64,000 nt of DNA from the human T2T-CHM13v2.0 reference genome, Homo sapiens: the NCBI RefSeq assembly GCF_009914755.1, contig NC_060929.1, one strand, 5' to 3'. The first letter of the stretch is position 1. Each line of letters opens with the position of its first letter. Of this stretch, positions 21,335 to 39,684 are shown piece after piece. A model generated the notes under the pieces. It was not told the DNA's origin. It ran no database searches and saw only the letters and a program-made list of their open reading frames with translations. The position numbers and the translations under genes were made by a program.

Positions 21335-23034
21335 CCTTAGGCTGAGCTGGGATGCGAACAAGGCAAATCTGATTCTGCCATACTACCTTACCTGTGGGCG
21401 AATATGGACAAGTTATTTAAATCCCTGTGGGCATTGTAAAGATCAAAGAAGTTTAGGCAGGTGATATATTGGTGTAAATCCTGGCACATAGCAATAAGAA
21501 TTCCAGAATTGCTTATTGACTTATTACAGCATCTTCCAGGGCAGAGAGCTGAGGGTGGAGGTTCCCATTTTCCTTACCAATTTCAGTCCAGTCTAAGATG
21601 TATCTTGGTTCATTCAAGGTGCTGTCCCTTTCTCTTTATTTCTCTTTGAAAAGGAAAGGATAGGGAGCAGCTGAAGAAAGACATGCAGGGATTTCTTGAC
21701 ATGCTGCCTGTAGCTTTATGGTGCAGCATGTTCTGCGGACCAGGTGTTTCAGTCACCAAATCTTTTGCAGATATTTAACAAATCAAAGCCGACAGCAGGA
21801 GGCTGTCAGCCTGACATATGATAAACACCCTCTGCAATTTAGCACTTGAGCACAGGGAGTGAGCTGCAGGATGAGTTAATTGCCAGGCTATCAACTGAGC
21901 TGAGCTGATGTTTCTTGAGCACTCTCTAAACCAGCTGAGAATTATCTAGCAAACTCTGGGACTCTAGGGTGAAGGGAGGTTTTCAGGTAGAAAGAGAAAA
22001 ATGAGTGATGGTTACCAGTGAGGGGATTGACTATCAGTAACACAAACTATATTAACCAACTCTCAAAAATATAATTACCTAGAAGCAGATGAAACCCAAA
22101 AAGATCAGAATTAGAAGGAGCCCAAGAAATAATGTGATAAAAGCCTTCTATTTTACAGGAGGAGAAACTGAGGTCAGGAGTGAGGTAGGGGTTGAGATGT
22201 GAGGAATGCATGAAAGGCTACAGAATTTATCAGTGACAAAGACAGGAGTGAAATCTCAATCCTTTAAATCTGAGTTAAGTTTTCTAACAATCACATAACC
22301 TTGTTCTTGATTTTACTATTAAAATTTTTCCTCTGGAACTTATAGACTGCATGGTGTAGACTTTGGCATATTTTGGTTTTGCCAGTTACTAGTTCTGTCA
22401 TCCTAGGATGTCATTTAATTTTTCTGTACCTCAGGTTCCTTACTTTATAAGTAGTTATAATATTAGTATCTATTCCAGACAATTATCATGACAATTAAAT
22501 GAGATAATGCATGTTAAATGTTTGACATATTGTGAAGGTTTCAATAAAATTCATCAAATATTGCTATTATTATTATTATTATTATTCTAGATTATTGGCT
22601 TTGAATTACTTGATGATGAGTTTGGCTGAGACTTTGGTAGTAACTGAGGATATGGCAGAAACATCAACTCTCTGACAATTGCCATAAGAAGTCTCTCTTG
22701 TATTTCTCAAACACACTGTAAGCAAATAAAGCTATACAGAGAAAAAGAGCCCTGGACCAGTATTAGAGAATTTGGTTCTGACCTTAGCTGTGAATTAATT
22801 ATTAGATTAACCACAGACAGTACATTTGACTTTTTTGAGCTTCCTTTTCCTTACCTGTAAAAGGAATAATAATGTAGATTTTATTGTGCTATTGAGAGCA
22901 TCAAACCAGATAACACATGTAAAATATTTCATAAAATCTATGTAAACAAAACATAATCCTATATATATATTATATATATACACACACCACACACACACAT
23001 ATACATATATATATACAGGTGTTATGTATATTAT

Positions 23035-23755
23035 TAATAGGGTTTTTAGAGCAGTTTTAGGTTCACACCAAAACTGAATGATACAAAGATTTCCCATTTA
23101 CCCTCTGCCCGCACATGTGCATAGCCTCCTTCATTATCAGCATCCCTCACCAGAGTGGCACATTTGTTGCAATCAATGAACCTACAATGACACATCATAG
23201 TCACCAAGAGTCCATAGTTTACACTGGAATTCACTCTTAGTGTTGTACATTCTATGAATTTGGATAAATGTGTAATAACATTTATCTAACATTACAAAAT
23301 TATAGAGAATAGTTTTATTGCTATAAAAATCTTATGTGCTCAATTATTTATCCCTCCTTGTCCCAAACCCCTGGCAACCACTGATTATTTTACTATCTCC
23401 GTAGATTTGCCTTTTCTAGAATGTCATATAACTGGAATCATATAGCATGTAGCCTTTCAGATTGGCTTCTTTCAATTAGTAATATGCCTTTAAGGTACCT
23501 CCACATCTAAACTGAACATGCTCATTATATGATCCAGCAATAGGTTTCCTTGGTATTTACCCAAAGGAGTGGAAACATACAGAAAATGTACACAGAAAAA
23601 ATTGTACATGGATTTTTATAGCAGCTACATTCATAACTGCTGAAACTTGAAAACAACTAAGGTGTCCATCAGTAGGTAACTGCAGTATATTCAGACAATA
23701 GAATACTTTTCAGCACTAAAAAGAAATGCACTATAAGGCATGGAAAGGTGGAAAC
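23035..23755 (-). mobile_element. L1MB-type 3' end with inverted 5' segment (23508-23755 on +)
   Basis: Antisense 3' UTR up to 23507, then sense ORF2-end sequence gatccagcaat...tatttacccaaagg. Confidence 0.75.
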
Positions 23756-23799
23756 TTTGGTACTTTTTAAAGCCACTACTTTTGATATCTACTTTCTGT

Positions 23800-24545
23800 C
23801 ATTTCACTATTTGTTCCATCATGAAGTCCTATTGATTATACTTTTAAAAATGTATTTCAAATCCAACCAGACATTCACCTCCACTGCCACCATCTTAATG
23901 TAAGCCATTGCCATTTTTCACCTAGACACATTCAGTAGCCTCCTAATACATCTCCCTGTGTTAACTCTTCCTTTCTTTCAACTCATTTTTTACAAAGCAA
24001 ATTGGCACTTCCTTGCTCAGAACAATCCAATATAAAATATAAAACCACAGCGCTATCATTAGGCTTTATATGACTTGGCCCCGAATCTCTTGTTAACCTC
24101 ATCTACCAGCATGCTCCCTCTCACGTGAGCTTGTATGTATTCAAATCCTTGATAAAAACCATCTATTTTCTACTTCAGCTTATTGCATACAATATTTTTT
24201 CTGCCTGAAATAATCTTACCTCCACTCTTTGCTTAAATAATTTTCTCCTTATTTTTCAGGTCTCATTAAATTGTCACTTGAGAGAGCAGTTGCCTCACCC
24301 TGCAATCTAAATCAGTGGCCTCTTGCCCTCTATTAACTCATGCTTTTCTTTCATGGCATTTAACACTTTTAATTGTGTGCTGATTTTTTTTTCAAAAAGA
24401 TATTTTACTCTCCCACTCAGTTGTAAACTCTGTAATGGCAAGATACATATAATGTGTTGAACAGGATTGTATTCCTTGAACCTAGCATAGGGCCTGGTAT
24501 TTAATAAGCACCCAATAAGTGTCGGTTGAATAAATGGGTAAATAA
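23800..24545 (+). mobile_element. L2 3' portion
   Basis: agtagcctcctaa ... ggcctggtatttaataagcacccaataagtgtcggttgaataaatg. Confidence 0.75.
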
Positions 24546-24599
24546 ATTTGTGATTTTTCAAGATGGAAGACCTGATGAGGAGTTGCAGAGGGAGGTTAT

Positions 24600-27500
24600 G
24601 GAGAAATTTCCCATTTCAAATTCATTATGAAAATTCTGTTTTCAAGTAGCATAAAATAAGTAATAAGAAGCCATGGCTTCTATGTAATAACCAGATATAA
24701 CTAAATTAATAATTGGAAATTTATTTTAAAATGTATTGGAAACATATGGAAGCAAAAGAGATAGATGAATTAAATTCCTGAGAGAAAAGAGCCCTTTCCA
24801 GGTAACATGAGGTATATGTCCTTTTTATTTTTTTCTGAAGGCACTTGCTAAGTCTGAAAGTAGGCTGTTAGTCTGGTTTGCTATTGCCAGGGTGGGGGCA
24901 TTTCTAGGAGAAAAGGAAACCTGTAAAACATGTTATGATCATGGTTCCTGCTATGGCAATCTGAAACCTAGACGATTTCCTATTGAATGATTGTTTTTTT
25001 CCACCAGAATTTTTTTTTTTATTATTATACTTTAAGTTTTAGGGTACATGTGCACAACTTGCAGGTTTGTTTGTTACATATGTATACATGTGCCATGTTG
25101 GTGTGCTGCACCCATTAACTCGTCATTTATATTAGGTATATCTCCTAATGCTATCCCTCCCCCTGCCCCCCACCCCAGGACAGGCCCTGGTATGTGATGT
25201 TCCCCTTCCTGTGTCCAAGTGTTCTCATTGTTCAATTCCCACCTATGAGTGAGAACATGCAGTGTTTGATTTTTTGTCCTTGCGATAGTTTGCTGAGAAT
25301 GATGGTTTCCAGCTGCATCCATGTCCCTACAAAGGACGTGAAGTCATCCTTTTTATGGCTGCATAGTATTCCATGGTGTATATGTGCCACATTTTCTTAA
25401 TCCAGTCTATCATTGATGGACATTTTGGTCGGTTCCAAGTCTTTGGTATTGTGAATAGTGCTGCAATAAACATACGTGTGCATGTGTCTTTATAGCAGCA
25501 TGATTTACAATCCTTTGGGTTATAATCCAATAATGGGATCACTGGGTCAAATGGTATTTCTAGTTCTAGATCCTTGAGAAATTGCCACACTGTCTTCCAC
25601 AATGGTTGAACTACTTTACAGTCCCACCAACAGTGTAAAAGTGTTCCTATTTCTCCACATCCTCTCCAGCACCTGTTGTTTCCTGACTTTTTAATGATCA
25701 CCATTCTAACTGGTGTGAGATGGTATGTCATTGTGGTTTTGATTTGTATTTCTCTGATGGCCAGTGATGATGAGCATTTTTTCATGTGTCTGTTGGCTGC
25801 ATAAAATGTCTTCTTTTGAGAAGTGTCTGTTCATATCCTTTGCCCACTTTTTGATGGGGTTGTTTGTTTTTTCTTGTAAGTTTGAGTTCATTGTAGATTC
25901 TGGATATTAGCCCTTTGTAAGATGAGAAGATTGCAAAAATTTTCTCCCATTCTGTAAGTTGCCTGTTTACTCTGATGGTAGTTTCTTTTGCTGTGCAGAA
26001 GCTCTTTAGTTTAATTAGATCCCATTTGTCAATTTTGGCTTTTGTTACCATTGCTTTTGGTGTTTTAGTCATGAAGTCCTTGCCCATGCCTATGTCTGGA
26101 ATGGTATTTTGAAGCAGACTGAAGTGATATGGGAGGCTGTGGTACTGGGCAGGAAACAAGTAATAGAATTTTGTACTTGATAGAAAAATCCCACTCATGG
26201 GAGGTATTTAGAATGAGCACACAAGAGGGCTGGAGATGTTGAAAGTGGAGATAGATTGAATTCAACCAAAGCTACAACCAGTTCAGACCCTGCTCAATGC
26301 TCACTTGGATTGAAGTGATCAGCCTTTCAGCCTGTTTCTGACAGAGGAAAGGGAAACTTTCCTTGGGAGAAAATGACATCAACCTTAGTCTGTACAACTT
26401 TTTAATACACAGTAAGTGGTATTCAGAAAAATACTAGAAACAGGGAACAGATAAGGAAATGTAACAGATAAGAGAAAAAGTTATCAATATAAGCAGAGAC
26501 ACAGATCAAGCAAGATGACAGGGAAGGCAGAAAAATAACTTAAGTACTATAAATGAGTCAAAGAACATAGATGGACAATAGAGATGAAGGAGAAATTTTT
26601 TCCTCAGAGATTTCTAATCTATAAAGAAATGAACATTCTAAGATGAAAAGACACATTTGAAACTAAGAACTCATTGAATGAGTTAAACAGTAGACATTAG
26701 GAGCAGGAGACGGAATTAGTAAACTCAAAATAGGCCAACTGAAAACATATCACTGAAGCTTTGAGAAAAAAAAAGTGTGAAAGAAGCAAGCACAGAGTAT
26801 AAGAGACATGTGGGACACAGGTCCAAGCATTCATGTCAGAGTTCCAGAAACACAAGTAAAGAAACAAAGGTATAGGAAAAATCATGACGAAAAATCCACA
26901 CTGGTTAAAAACATCAGCCTACACATTCAAGTAGCAAATCCCATGCAAGATAAAAATAAATTGCACCTTGGTACAAAGTCAAATGCTGAAAACCAAGAAC
27001 AAAGGAAAATGAGCAGCCAGAAACAGAAATAAAACAAAACTAAACAATATTGAGAGATTTCTATGAGAACTATGGAAGTCAAGAAAAAATAGATTAATTT
27101 TACAACGCAGAAAGAACAAAAAGCTTTACTATAAAAATATCTTTCAAAAATAGGGCATTACATAATGATAAAAGATTTAATGCAATAAGAAGACAACTAT
27201 ACTAAATATATGCACCCAACATTCAAGCACAAAATTCATAAAACAAGTACTTCTAGAGTCTAAACCTATGAAAAGACTTAGCCACACCATGATACCAGGG
27301 GACTTTAGCACCTCGCTGACAACATTAGTCAGATTATTGAGGCAAAAAAATGAACAAAGAAATTCTAGACTTAAATTCAACCTTTAGCCAATTGGACCCA
27401 AGACATCTACAGAATACTCCATCTAACAATCACAGAATATATATTCTTCTCATCTGTACATGGAACATACTCTAAGATTGATCACATACTTGGTCATGAA

Positions 27501-27968
27501 GCAAGTCTCAATAAATTGAAAAGTATATAAATGATATCAAGCATACACTTAGACCACAGTGAAATCAATACCAAGATCTCTCAAAAACCACAAAATTATA
27601 TGGAAATTAAACAAATTGCTCCTGAATGACTTTTGGATAAACAACCAAATTAAGGCATAAGTTTAAAAAAGTTGAAATAAATGAAAATAGACACATAATA
27701 TATGAAAATCTCTGGGATGGAGCAAAATCAGCATTAAGAAGAAACTTTATAGCACTAAATGCCTATATCAGGAACTTAGAAAGATCTCAAATTAGCAATC
27801 TAACATCATACATAAAGAACCAGAAAAACAGGAATGAATTAAACCCAACCTAGCAGAAGAAAAGAAGTAACTGAAATCAGAGCAGAAGTGACAAAATTGA
27901 GACCACAAAATCCATACAAAAGATGAACCAAATTAAAAATTTATTATTTGAAAGGATAAACAAGATCG
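24600..27968 (+). mobile_element. Old L1M fragments (ORF1-like, then an ORF2 endonuclease region at 27160-27968), split by a younger L1
   Basis: actaaatatatgcacccaac, ggacttt, agaatatatattcttctc, ctcctgaatgacttttgg match L1 ORF2; left boundary uncertain. Confidence 0.65.
25010..26108 (-). mobile_element. 5'-truncated L1 (L1PA5-like, 1.1 kb)
   Basis: ORF2 C-terminal peptides ([18 protein letters not shown]), 3' UTR and poly-A. Confidence 0.97.
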
Positions 27969-28189
27969 ATTCAAACACTATCAAACATGGAGACTCCCTT
28001 TTTCATGGGCTACAGGAGCGGAAGTGGGTGACCCATGAGTATGGGGTCATCTTCCTGGAACTGGAGATAACCTTTTGTAACATCTCTACTCCAGTGTTTC
28101 CACTTACATGAAGTCAGGAAAATATTAGTTCTAATGCTATTACTCATGCAAATTATTTGACTTTTCACATAAAAGTCAAGTTTCAGCTG

Positions 28190-29088
28190 GCAGCCAAGAT
28201 GGCCGAATAGGAACAGCTCCGGTCTGCAGTGCCAAGCATGAGCGATGCAGAAGATGGGTGACTTCTGCATTTCCATCTGAGGTACCGGGTTCATCTCACT
28301 GGGGAGTCCCAGACAGTGGGTGCAGGACAGTGGGTGCAGTGCACTGTGCGCGAGCCAAAGCAGGGCGAGGCATTGCCTCACTCGGGAAGCGCAAGGGATC
28401 AGGGTGTTCCCTTTCCTAGTCAAAGAAAGGGGTGACAGATGGCACCTGGAAAATCGGGTCACTCCCACTCAAATACTGTGCTTTTCCGACGGGCTTAAAA
28501 AACGGCACACCACGAGATTATATCCCGCACCTGGCTTGGAGGGTCCTACGCCCACGGAGTCTCGCTGATTGCTAGCACAGCAGTCTGAGATCAAACTGCA
28601 AGGTGGCAGCGAGGCCAGAGGGGCACCGGCCATTGCCCAGGCTTGCTTAGGTAAACAAAGCAGCCGGGAAGCTCGAACTGGGTGGAGCTCACCACAGTTC
28701 AAGGAGGCCTGCCTGCCTCTGTAGGCTCCACCTCTAGGGGCAGGGCACAGACAAACAAAATGACAGCAGTAACCTCTGCAGACTTAAATGTCCCTGTCTG
28801 ACAGCTTTGAAGAGAGCAGTGGTTCTCCCAGCATGCAGCTGGAGATCTGAGAACGGGCAGACTGCCTCCTCAAGTGGGTCCCTGACCCATGACCCCCGAG
28901 CAGGCTAACTGGGAGGCACCCCCCAGGAGGGGTACACTGACACCTCACACGGCAGGGTATTCCAACAGACCTGCAGCTGAGGGTCCTGTCTGTTAGAAGG
29001 AAAACTAACAAACAGAAAGGACATCCACACCAAAAACCCATCTGTACATCACCATCGTCAAAGACCAAAAGTAGATAAAACCACAAAG
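28190..29088 (+). promoter_or_regulatory. L1 5' UTR internal promoter (YY1 site; antisense promoter region)
   Basis: caagatggccg at 28195-28205; about 900 bp, CpG-rich; short form lacking the 129 bp ZNF93-bound segment (cacggcagggtattccaacag junction). Confidence 0.85.
28469..28633 (-). pseudogene. ORF0: L1 ORF0, truncated at 54 aa by a premature TGA
   Basis: MAGAPLASLPPCSLISDCCASNQRDSVGVGPS... matches primate L1 ORF0. Confidence 0.85.
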
Positions 29089-30103
29089 ATGGGGAAAAAA
29101 ACAGAACAGAAAAACTGGAAACTCTAAAACGCAGAGTGCCTCTCCTCCTCCAAAGGAACACAGTTCCTCACCAGCAACGGAACAAAGCTGGATGGAGAAT
29201 GACTTTGACGAGCTGAGAGAAGGCTTCAGATGATCAAATTACTCTGAGCTACAGGAGGACATTCAAACCAAAGGCAAAGAAGTTGAAAACTTTGAAAAAA
29301 ATGTAGAAGAATGTATAACTAGAATAACCAATACAGAAAAGTGCTTAAAGGAGCTGATGGAGCTGAAAACCAAGGCTCGAGAACTACGTGAAGAATGCAG
29401 AAGCCTCAGGAGCCGATGCGATCAACTGGAAGAAAGGGTATCAGCAATGGAAGATGAAATGAATGAAATGAAGCGAGAAGGGAAGTTTAGAGAAAAAAGA
29501 ACAAAAAGAAATGAGCAAAGCCTCCAAGAAATATGGGACTATGTGAAAAGACCAAATCTACGTCTGATTGGTGTACCTGAAAGTGATGGGGAGAATGGAA
29601 CCAAGTTGGAAAACACTCTGCAGGATATTATCCAGGAGAACTTCCCCAATCTAGCAAGGCAGGCCAACGTTCAGATTCAGGAAATACAGAGAATGCCACA
29701 AAGATACTCCTCCAGAAGAGCAACTCCAAGACACATAATTGTCAGATTCACCAAAGTTGAAATGAAGGAAAAAATGTTAAGGGCAGCCAGAGAGAAAGAT
29801 CGGGTTACCCTCAAAGGGAAGCCCATCAGACTAACAGCGGATCTCTTGGCAGAAACCCTACAAGCCAGAAGAGAGTGGGGGCCAATATTCAACATTCTTA
29901 AAGAAAAGAATTTTCAACCCAGAATTTCATATCCAGCCAAACTAAGCTTCATAAGTGAAGGAGAAATAAAATACTTTACAGAGAAGCAAATGCTGAGAGA
30001 TTTTGTCACCACCAGGCCTGCCCTAAAAGAGCTCCTGAAGGAAGCGCTAAACATGGAAAGGAACAACCAGTACCAGCCACTGCAAAATCATGCCAAAATG
30101 TAA
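29089..30103 (+). pseudogene. ORF1: L1 ORF1p, disrupted
   Basis: ATG at 29089 followed by A7 instead of A6 (+1), a 3 bp deletion and an in-frame TGA at 29231; C-terminal 248 aa open. Confidence 0.95.
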
Positions 30104-30139
30104 TGACCATCGAGACTAGGAAGAAACTGCATCAACTAA

Positions 30140-33995
<3,856 letters not shown>

Positions 33996-34311
33996 ACAGT
34001 GAGAACACTTGGACACAGGACGGGTAACATCACACCCTGGGGCGTGTCGTGGGGTGGGGGGCAGGGGGAGGGATAGCATTAGGAGAAATACCTAATGTAA
34101 ATGACGAGTTAATGGGTGCAGCAAACCAACATGGCACATGTATACCTATGTAACAAACCTGCACGTTGTGCACATGTACCCTAGAACTTAAAGTACAAAA
34201 AAAAATGTAGACATACAAAAAAAAAAATAAAAAATTACTTTGTAACTTAGACCATTATAGTTAACAACTGTTAAAAATAAAAGTAAAATTGAAAGATTAT
34301 GTTTTCAGATG

Positions 34312-34716
34312 GTATTACTAATTTATTAGAGCTTCTATAACAAAGCATCACAGTCTGGGTGCCTTAAACATCAGAATTTGTTTCCTCACAGTTCTGGAGG
34401 CTGTAAGTCCAGGTTCAAGGTATGTGTAGGCTGGTTTCTCCAGAGAACTCCTTGGCTTGCAAATAGCTCCTTTCTCACTGTGTCTTCACATTCATTTCCT
34501 GTCTTTGCCTGCATCTCTGGGCTTTCTCTCCCCCCGCCTCTTTTTTTGGTTTAATAAGGACAGTGGTTCAATCAGGTTAGGGGCCTGCCCCTCTTGCCTC
34601 ATTTAATATTAATCATCTCTCTCAGGTTCTGTCTCCAAATACAGTCACATTCTGAGGTATTGGGGATTAAAAGTTCAACATACACATTTTGAAAAGACGT
34701 AATTCAGTCTATACAG
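34312..34716 (-). mobile_element. MLT1B-like solo LTR
   Basis: cctcacagttctggaggctgtaagtcc ... ccaaatacagtcacattctgaggta. Confidence 0.8.
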
Positions 34717-36921
34717 AAGGAAATGTTTTGGCCTGGTCCCTCCATATTATTTGGGATGGGAGACAAAGAGAAGAGGGAGAGCTGAAGAATGAAAGAAAAA
34801 TTCTTGGAAAAAGGAGAGGCTCAGGGAAACAAAAATCCCTAATAAATTAGCTATTGTTAATAGTTAAAAACTACAAAGGGTAGCAACAATAATATTACTA
34901 CCCACTAACATTTATTGGTTACTTATTATTAGGGTTTTCTTGATGATTAAGTGAGATAATCATGTAAGACTTCAGCAAAATTCAGAGCACACAGCAAACG
35001 TTCAATAAATGTTATGTATTTTTATGATTTCTCAGTTTGTGTTGTTCCTTCTTCTGGAAATGGCAAGCCGTGGCTCAGAAGCTTAATTTTCTACAAATAT
35101 GTAACTGTTAAAAATATATGGTGCTGTATTATCAAGTTTGTTTCAAAAAGTACAATGCCAAATGGAGGTTAGAAGAGGTGTGCTGAATGTGTAATGGAAA
35201 GTACTGGTTGTCATGGTAAAGAAAGCCTTGAAGTAAACAGAGCACGTTTTATTTAATTTTAACTCTTATCCAAATGTCTATGAGACTCTTCTCTCATTTG
35301 GAAAAGGATATAAGGTACAAAAAATTGATTTCTCATCAACAGGACATTTGACAAATATGCTATATATGTGTAAGCAAGAAGGGAAAAATTGTTTTAAGTT
35401 CCATTTTAGTTGAGGGTAAAAGGAGACAAGATGAAACTGTGTCATAGACAAGCTTTTTGATATTACCCTCCAAGTTCTCTACCACTCTTTCTGTTCCAAG
35501 GGAACACCTGCAGTAAATAATAGTAACAGTCCTTCTTTTGAGTACCTGCAATAAGCCACACACTGGCTTTTTCTTCCTCCCAACAACCCAGTAAAATAGG
35601 AAACTGTGTCTCAGAGGGGTTAAATGTCACAATAAGTTCAAATAGCTGTAAATGGGTGAACTTAGATTAAAATCCAAGTTTGCTGAGTTGAAATCTCATC
35701 CTCTTTCTGCTAAAGGCATGTTTATTTATTCAGTGGTTATTGGGAGAAGTGAAGACACAGACCTAATCCAGTGATGCATCATTGCTGAGCACAGAGTCTG
35801 AGGCTTACTGCCTATCTTCCTCAGGAGCTCTCAGAACTGGGACTCTGTCCCACGTGGTTACTGGGTAGGCCAGCTGGGTAACCCACCTATGACCTTCCCG
35901 TCAGTCACCGTTCTGTGCTTTCCTGTGTGCCATTCTTACTAATCTTAGGGACTTTAGTAACAACCTCCCAACTCACTCCCCTGTCTCCAGTCAGTTCTTA
36001 ATCAGAGTTATCCTCTATATACACTGCTGTATGCTCAGATTTTCTGAAGCACTGACTATTTACTAAATGTGGTTATTATAGAATTTGGAGGAAAAGGAAA
36101 GCAAAGTGGCAACTCAGGTTCTAAAATAAGAATAAAAAAATATTGGGTTCTAGTGCTTGCTCTCCCATTAACTTCCTGACCTTGAGTAAGTCTCTAATCT
36201 AGTTTTTTTAAACCATAGCTCATATGTGTAGCCGTTCTGATTATACTAACATTTTCTGTTAGTGCAGTCAAGTTTCAGAAATAGAGTTTGTTATGAAGAC
36301 ATCCCAAATCTAGCTAAAAAGCCTCTAGATAATGCTTTCCAAATGCCTTATATTTCTCAAATTATGAACCTTTGTATTAAGATTTATCTTGAAAATCTGT
36401 CACTGTTTTAAATCATTTTCTTGATGTGAATTTCTAATTCAGAGAGGCAGTGGGACTTGTCTAAGATTTTGCAGTGGCTGAAGATCTGAGCCATAAAGGG
36501 ACCATGTGGTAGATGCATTTCATCTTAGGAGGTGGTGATATAGTTTGGATATTTGTCCCTTCCAAATTTTGTGTTGAAAATTGTTCCTCAGTGTTGGAGA
36601 TGTGGACTGGTGTTTGGGTCATGGGGGTGGATCCCTTATGAATGTCTTGGTGCCGTCCCTGCAGTAATGAGTGAGTTCTTGCTCTATTCATTACCTTATG
36701 ATCTGACTGTTTAAAAGCAGCCTGGCCTCTCTCTTGCTCACCCTGCTCCCCATTCCCCTTCTGTCATGATTGGAAGCCTCCTGGGACTCCACCTGAAGTA
36801 GATGCTGGTGCCATGATTCTTGTACCGTCTGCCCAGCCATGAGCTAAATAAACCTCTTTACTTTTTAAATTACGTATGATAATTCAGATATTCCTTTATA
36901 TATTCAGATATTCCTTTATAG

Positions 36922-37901
<980 letters not shown>

Positions 37902-39684
37902 CTTTATAGCAATGCAAAATGGACTAATATGGTGGCTTTGTTTATAGGCCTCAATTGTGGCACATGAGGTAAGGAAAAGATGTCTGAAACTGCTGGGAAA
38001 ATAGCTCTATATTTCTTTTGCCAAATATATATAAACTCAATTCAAAGACAGAATTCCTAATTGGAGTTTCAGCAATTTCTAAGGGTGTTTAAATAAAATA
38101 ATTAGTGAAATAGTCAAAATCATAACATCTTATTTGATTGAACTTTGTGTACCTTCAGAGTTGGTATTCTATCTAGTATGGAACAGCTAAACAATGTAAT
38201 CAGAAAGGCTGTACTATGAAAATCAAAGTGAAGATTACAGATTCATTTTTCTCTTCTCTGATAGAAAACTAATATACAAATCAAGGCTGAAACAAACAGA
38301 AAATGGGAGGAAAGTGGACAAGAAAGAGAAACACAAAATATTAGAACTAGATGAGCATGTGGTACTCCCATTTGTTTTTCACATGGGGAAGCTGAGGCAT
38401 GTAAAATGGCTGGTCTAAAATTATTCTTATATCAAATACCTGAATTCTATAGTCTAGTGGAGCTTATGGACAAGACAAAAGCTTGGCTTGATACCCAAGT
38501 CTCCAACATTTTGCCTGTCATTATTTTTGTGTCGTGGTTGAGAAAAATGGCTCTGAAGTCAGACAAAACAAGTGTTCACTATGCACTAGTGATGACTTTG
38601 GATGAGTTAATTAATTTGTCTAAGGCTCATTTATTCATCTGTAAAAAAAAAGGGGGGAAAATAATATCTACCTCGTAAAGACATTGTGAGGATACAGTCA
38701 TGTAATGCTTGTAAACTGCTCAGCTCAGAGCCAGGCATAGAGTACTCAATGAATATTAACTGTCACAAACATCATCAGTATTATATTATCATTTTCACCA
38801 CAATGCCACACTTTCTTACCATTTCCTTTTGTGAGGTCATGGGCATAACTGCTCTCAGCACTGAGTACAATCTAGAAAGACATTGCCAGGGTTTTCTCAA
38901 CTTCTGTGATGATAACAATCACTTTCTGTCCTTGTTCATCAGGGCCTCCAAATCCCCTCCCTCATCTAGAAATTCTGATTTAGTAGGTCCTGGGTTGGGA
39001 TCAGGATACTGTTTTTAATAAGTGACCTAAATGATTGCTTAGACAGGGACTCACATCTCACAAGGCTATCTCATCACCCTTTAACAATTCCATGATCAAA
39101 CTTGGGGGACAAAAAGCAAGAGCAAAAACAATGAGAATTCTTCTTCCCTTTCTCTCTCTTTTCTACTCTAAAATAGTGAGGACTGGAGAATTATACACTG
39201 GAGAATCATGATGTTCCAGGCACTCTTCATGACACAACTTGCAGAGTCCCTCCAACATTTCTATGATGTGGATGCTGTCACTTTATATATGAAGAAAAAA
39301 CAATTTATGCTAAGTCATATGGGGTGATATCTAGCCCATAGCAAGTGCTCAGTTAATATTTATTGCATGAATGAATAAACCTTTTTTTTGCTTTGTTTTA
39401 CAAATTAAAGCAATTACACATTGCAGCTTATTCAAGACAAAATTATGAAATGATTGACATTTATTGCTGATACTCTCATGCTTTCTTTCTGCTCTTCCTT
39501 CTGTTACAGTTGTCCAGTGTCCTAGGACTTGTCATATCCAGACCCTGACTTTTCAGAGAAAGGGACCCATGTTGTTAGGGTCTTCTCTTAACTATGGTAG
39601 TTTGAGAAATTCCTTCCATGCATAAAATTGGTTTCAAATTAGATGGTTATGAGTCAAAATAATTTGATTTAAAAAAACTCATGG

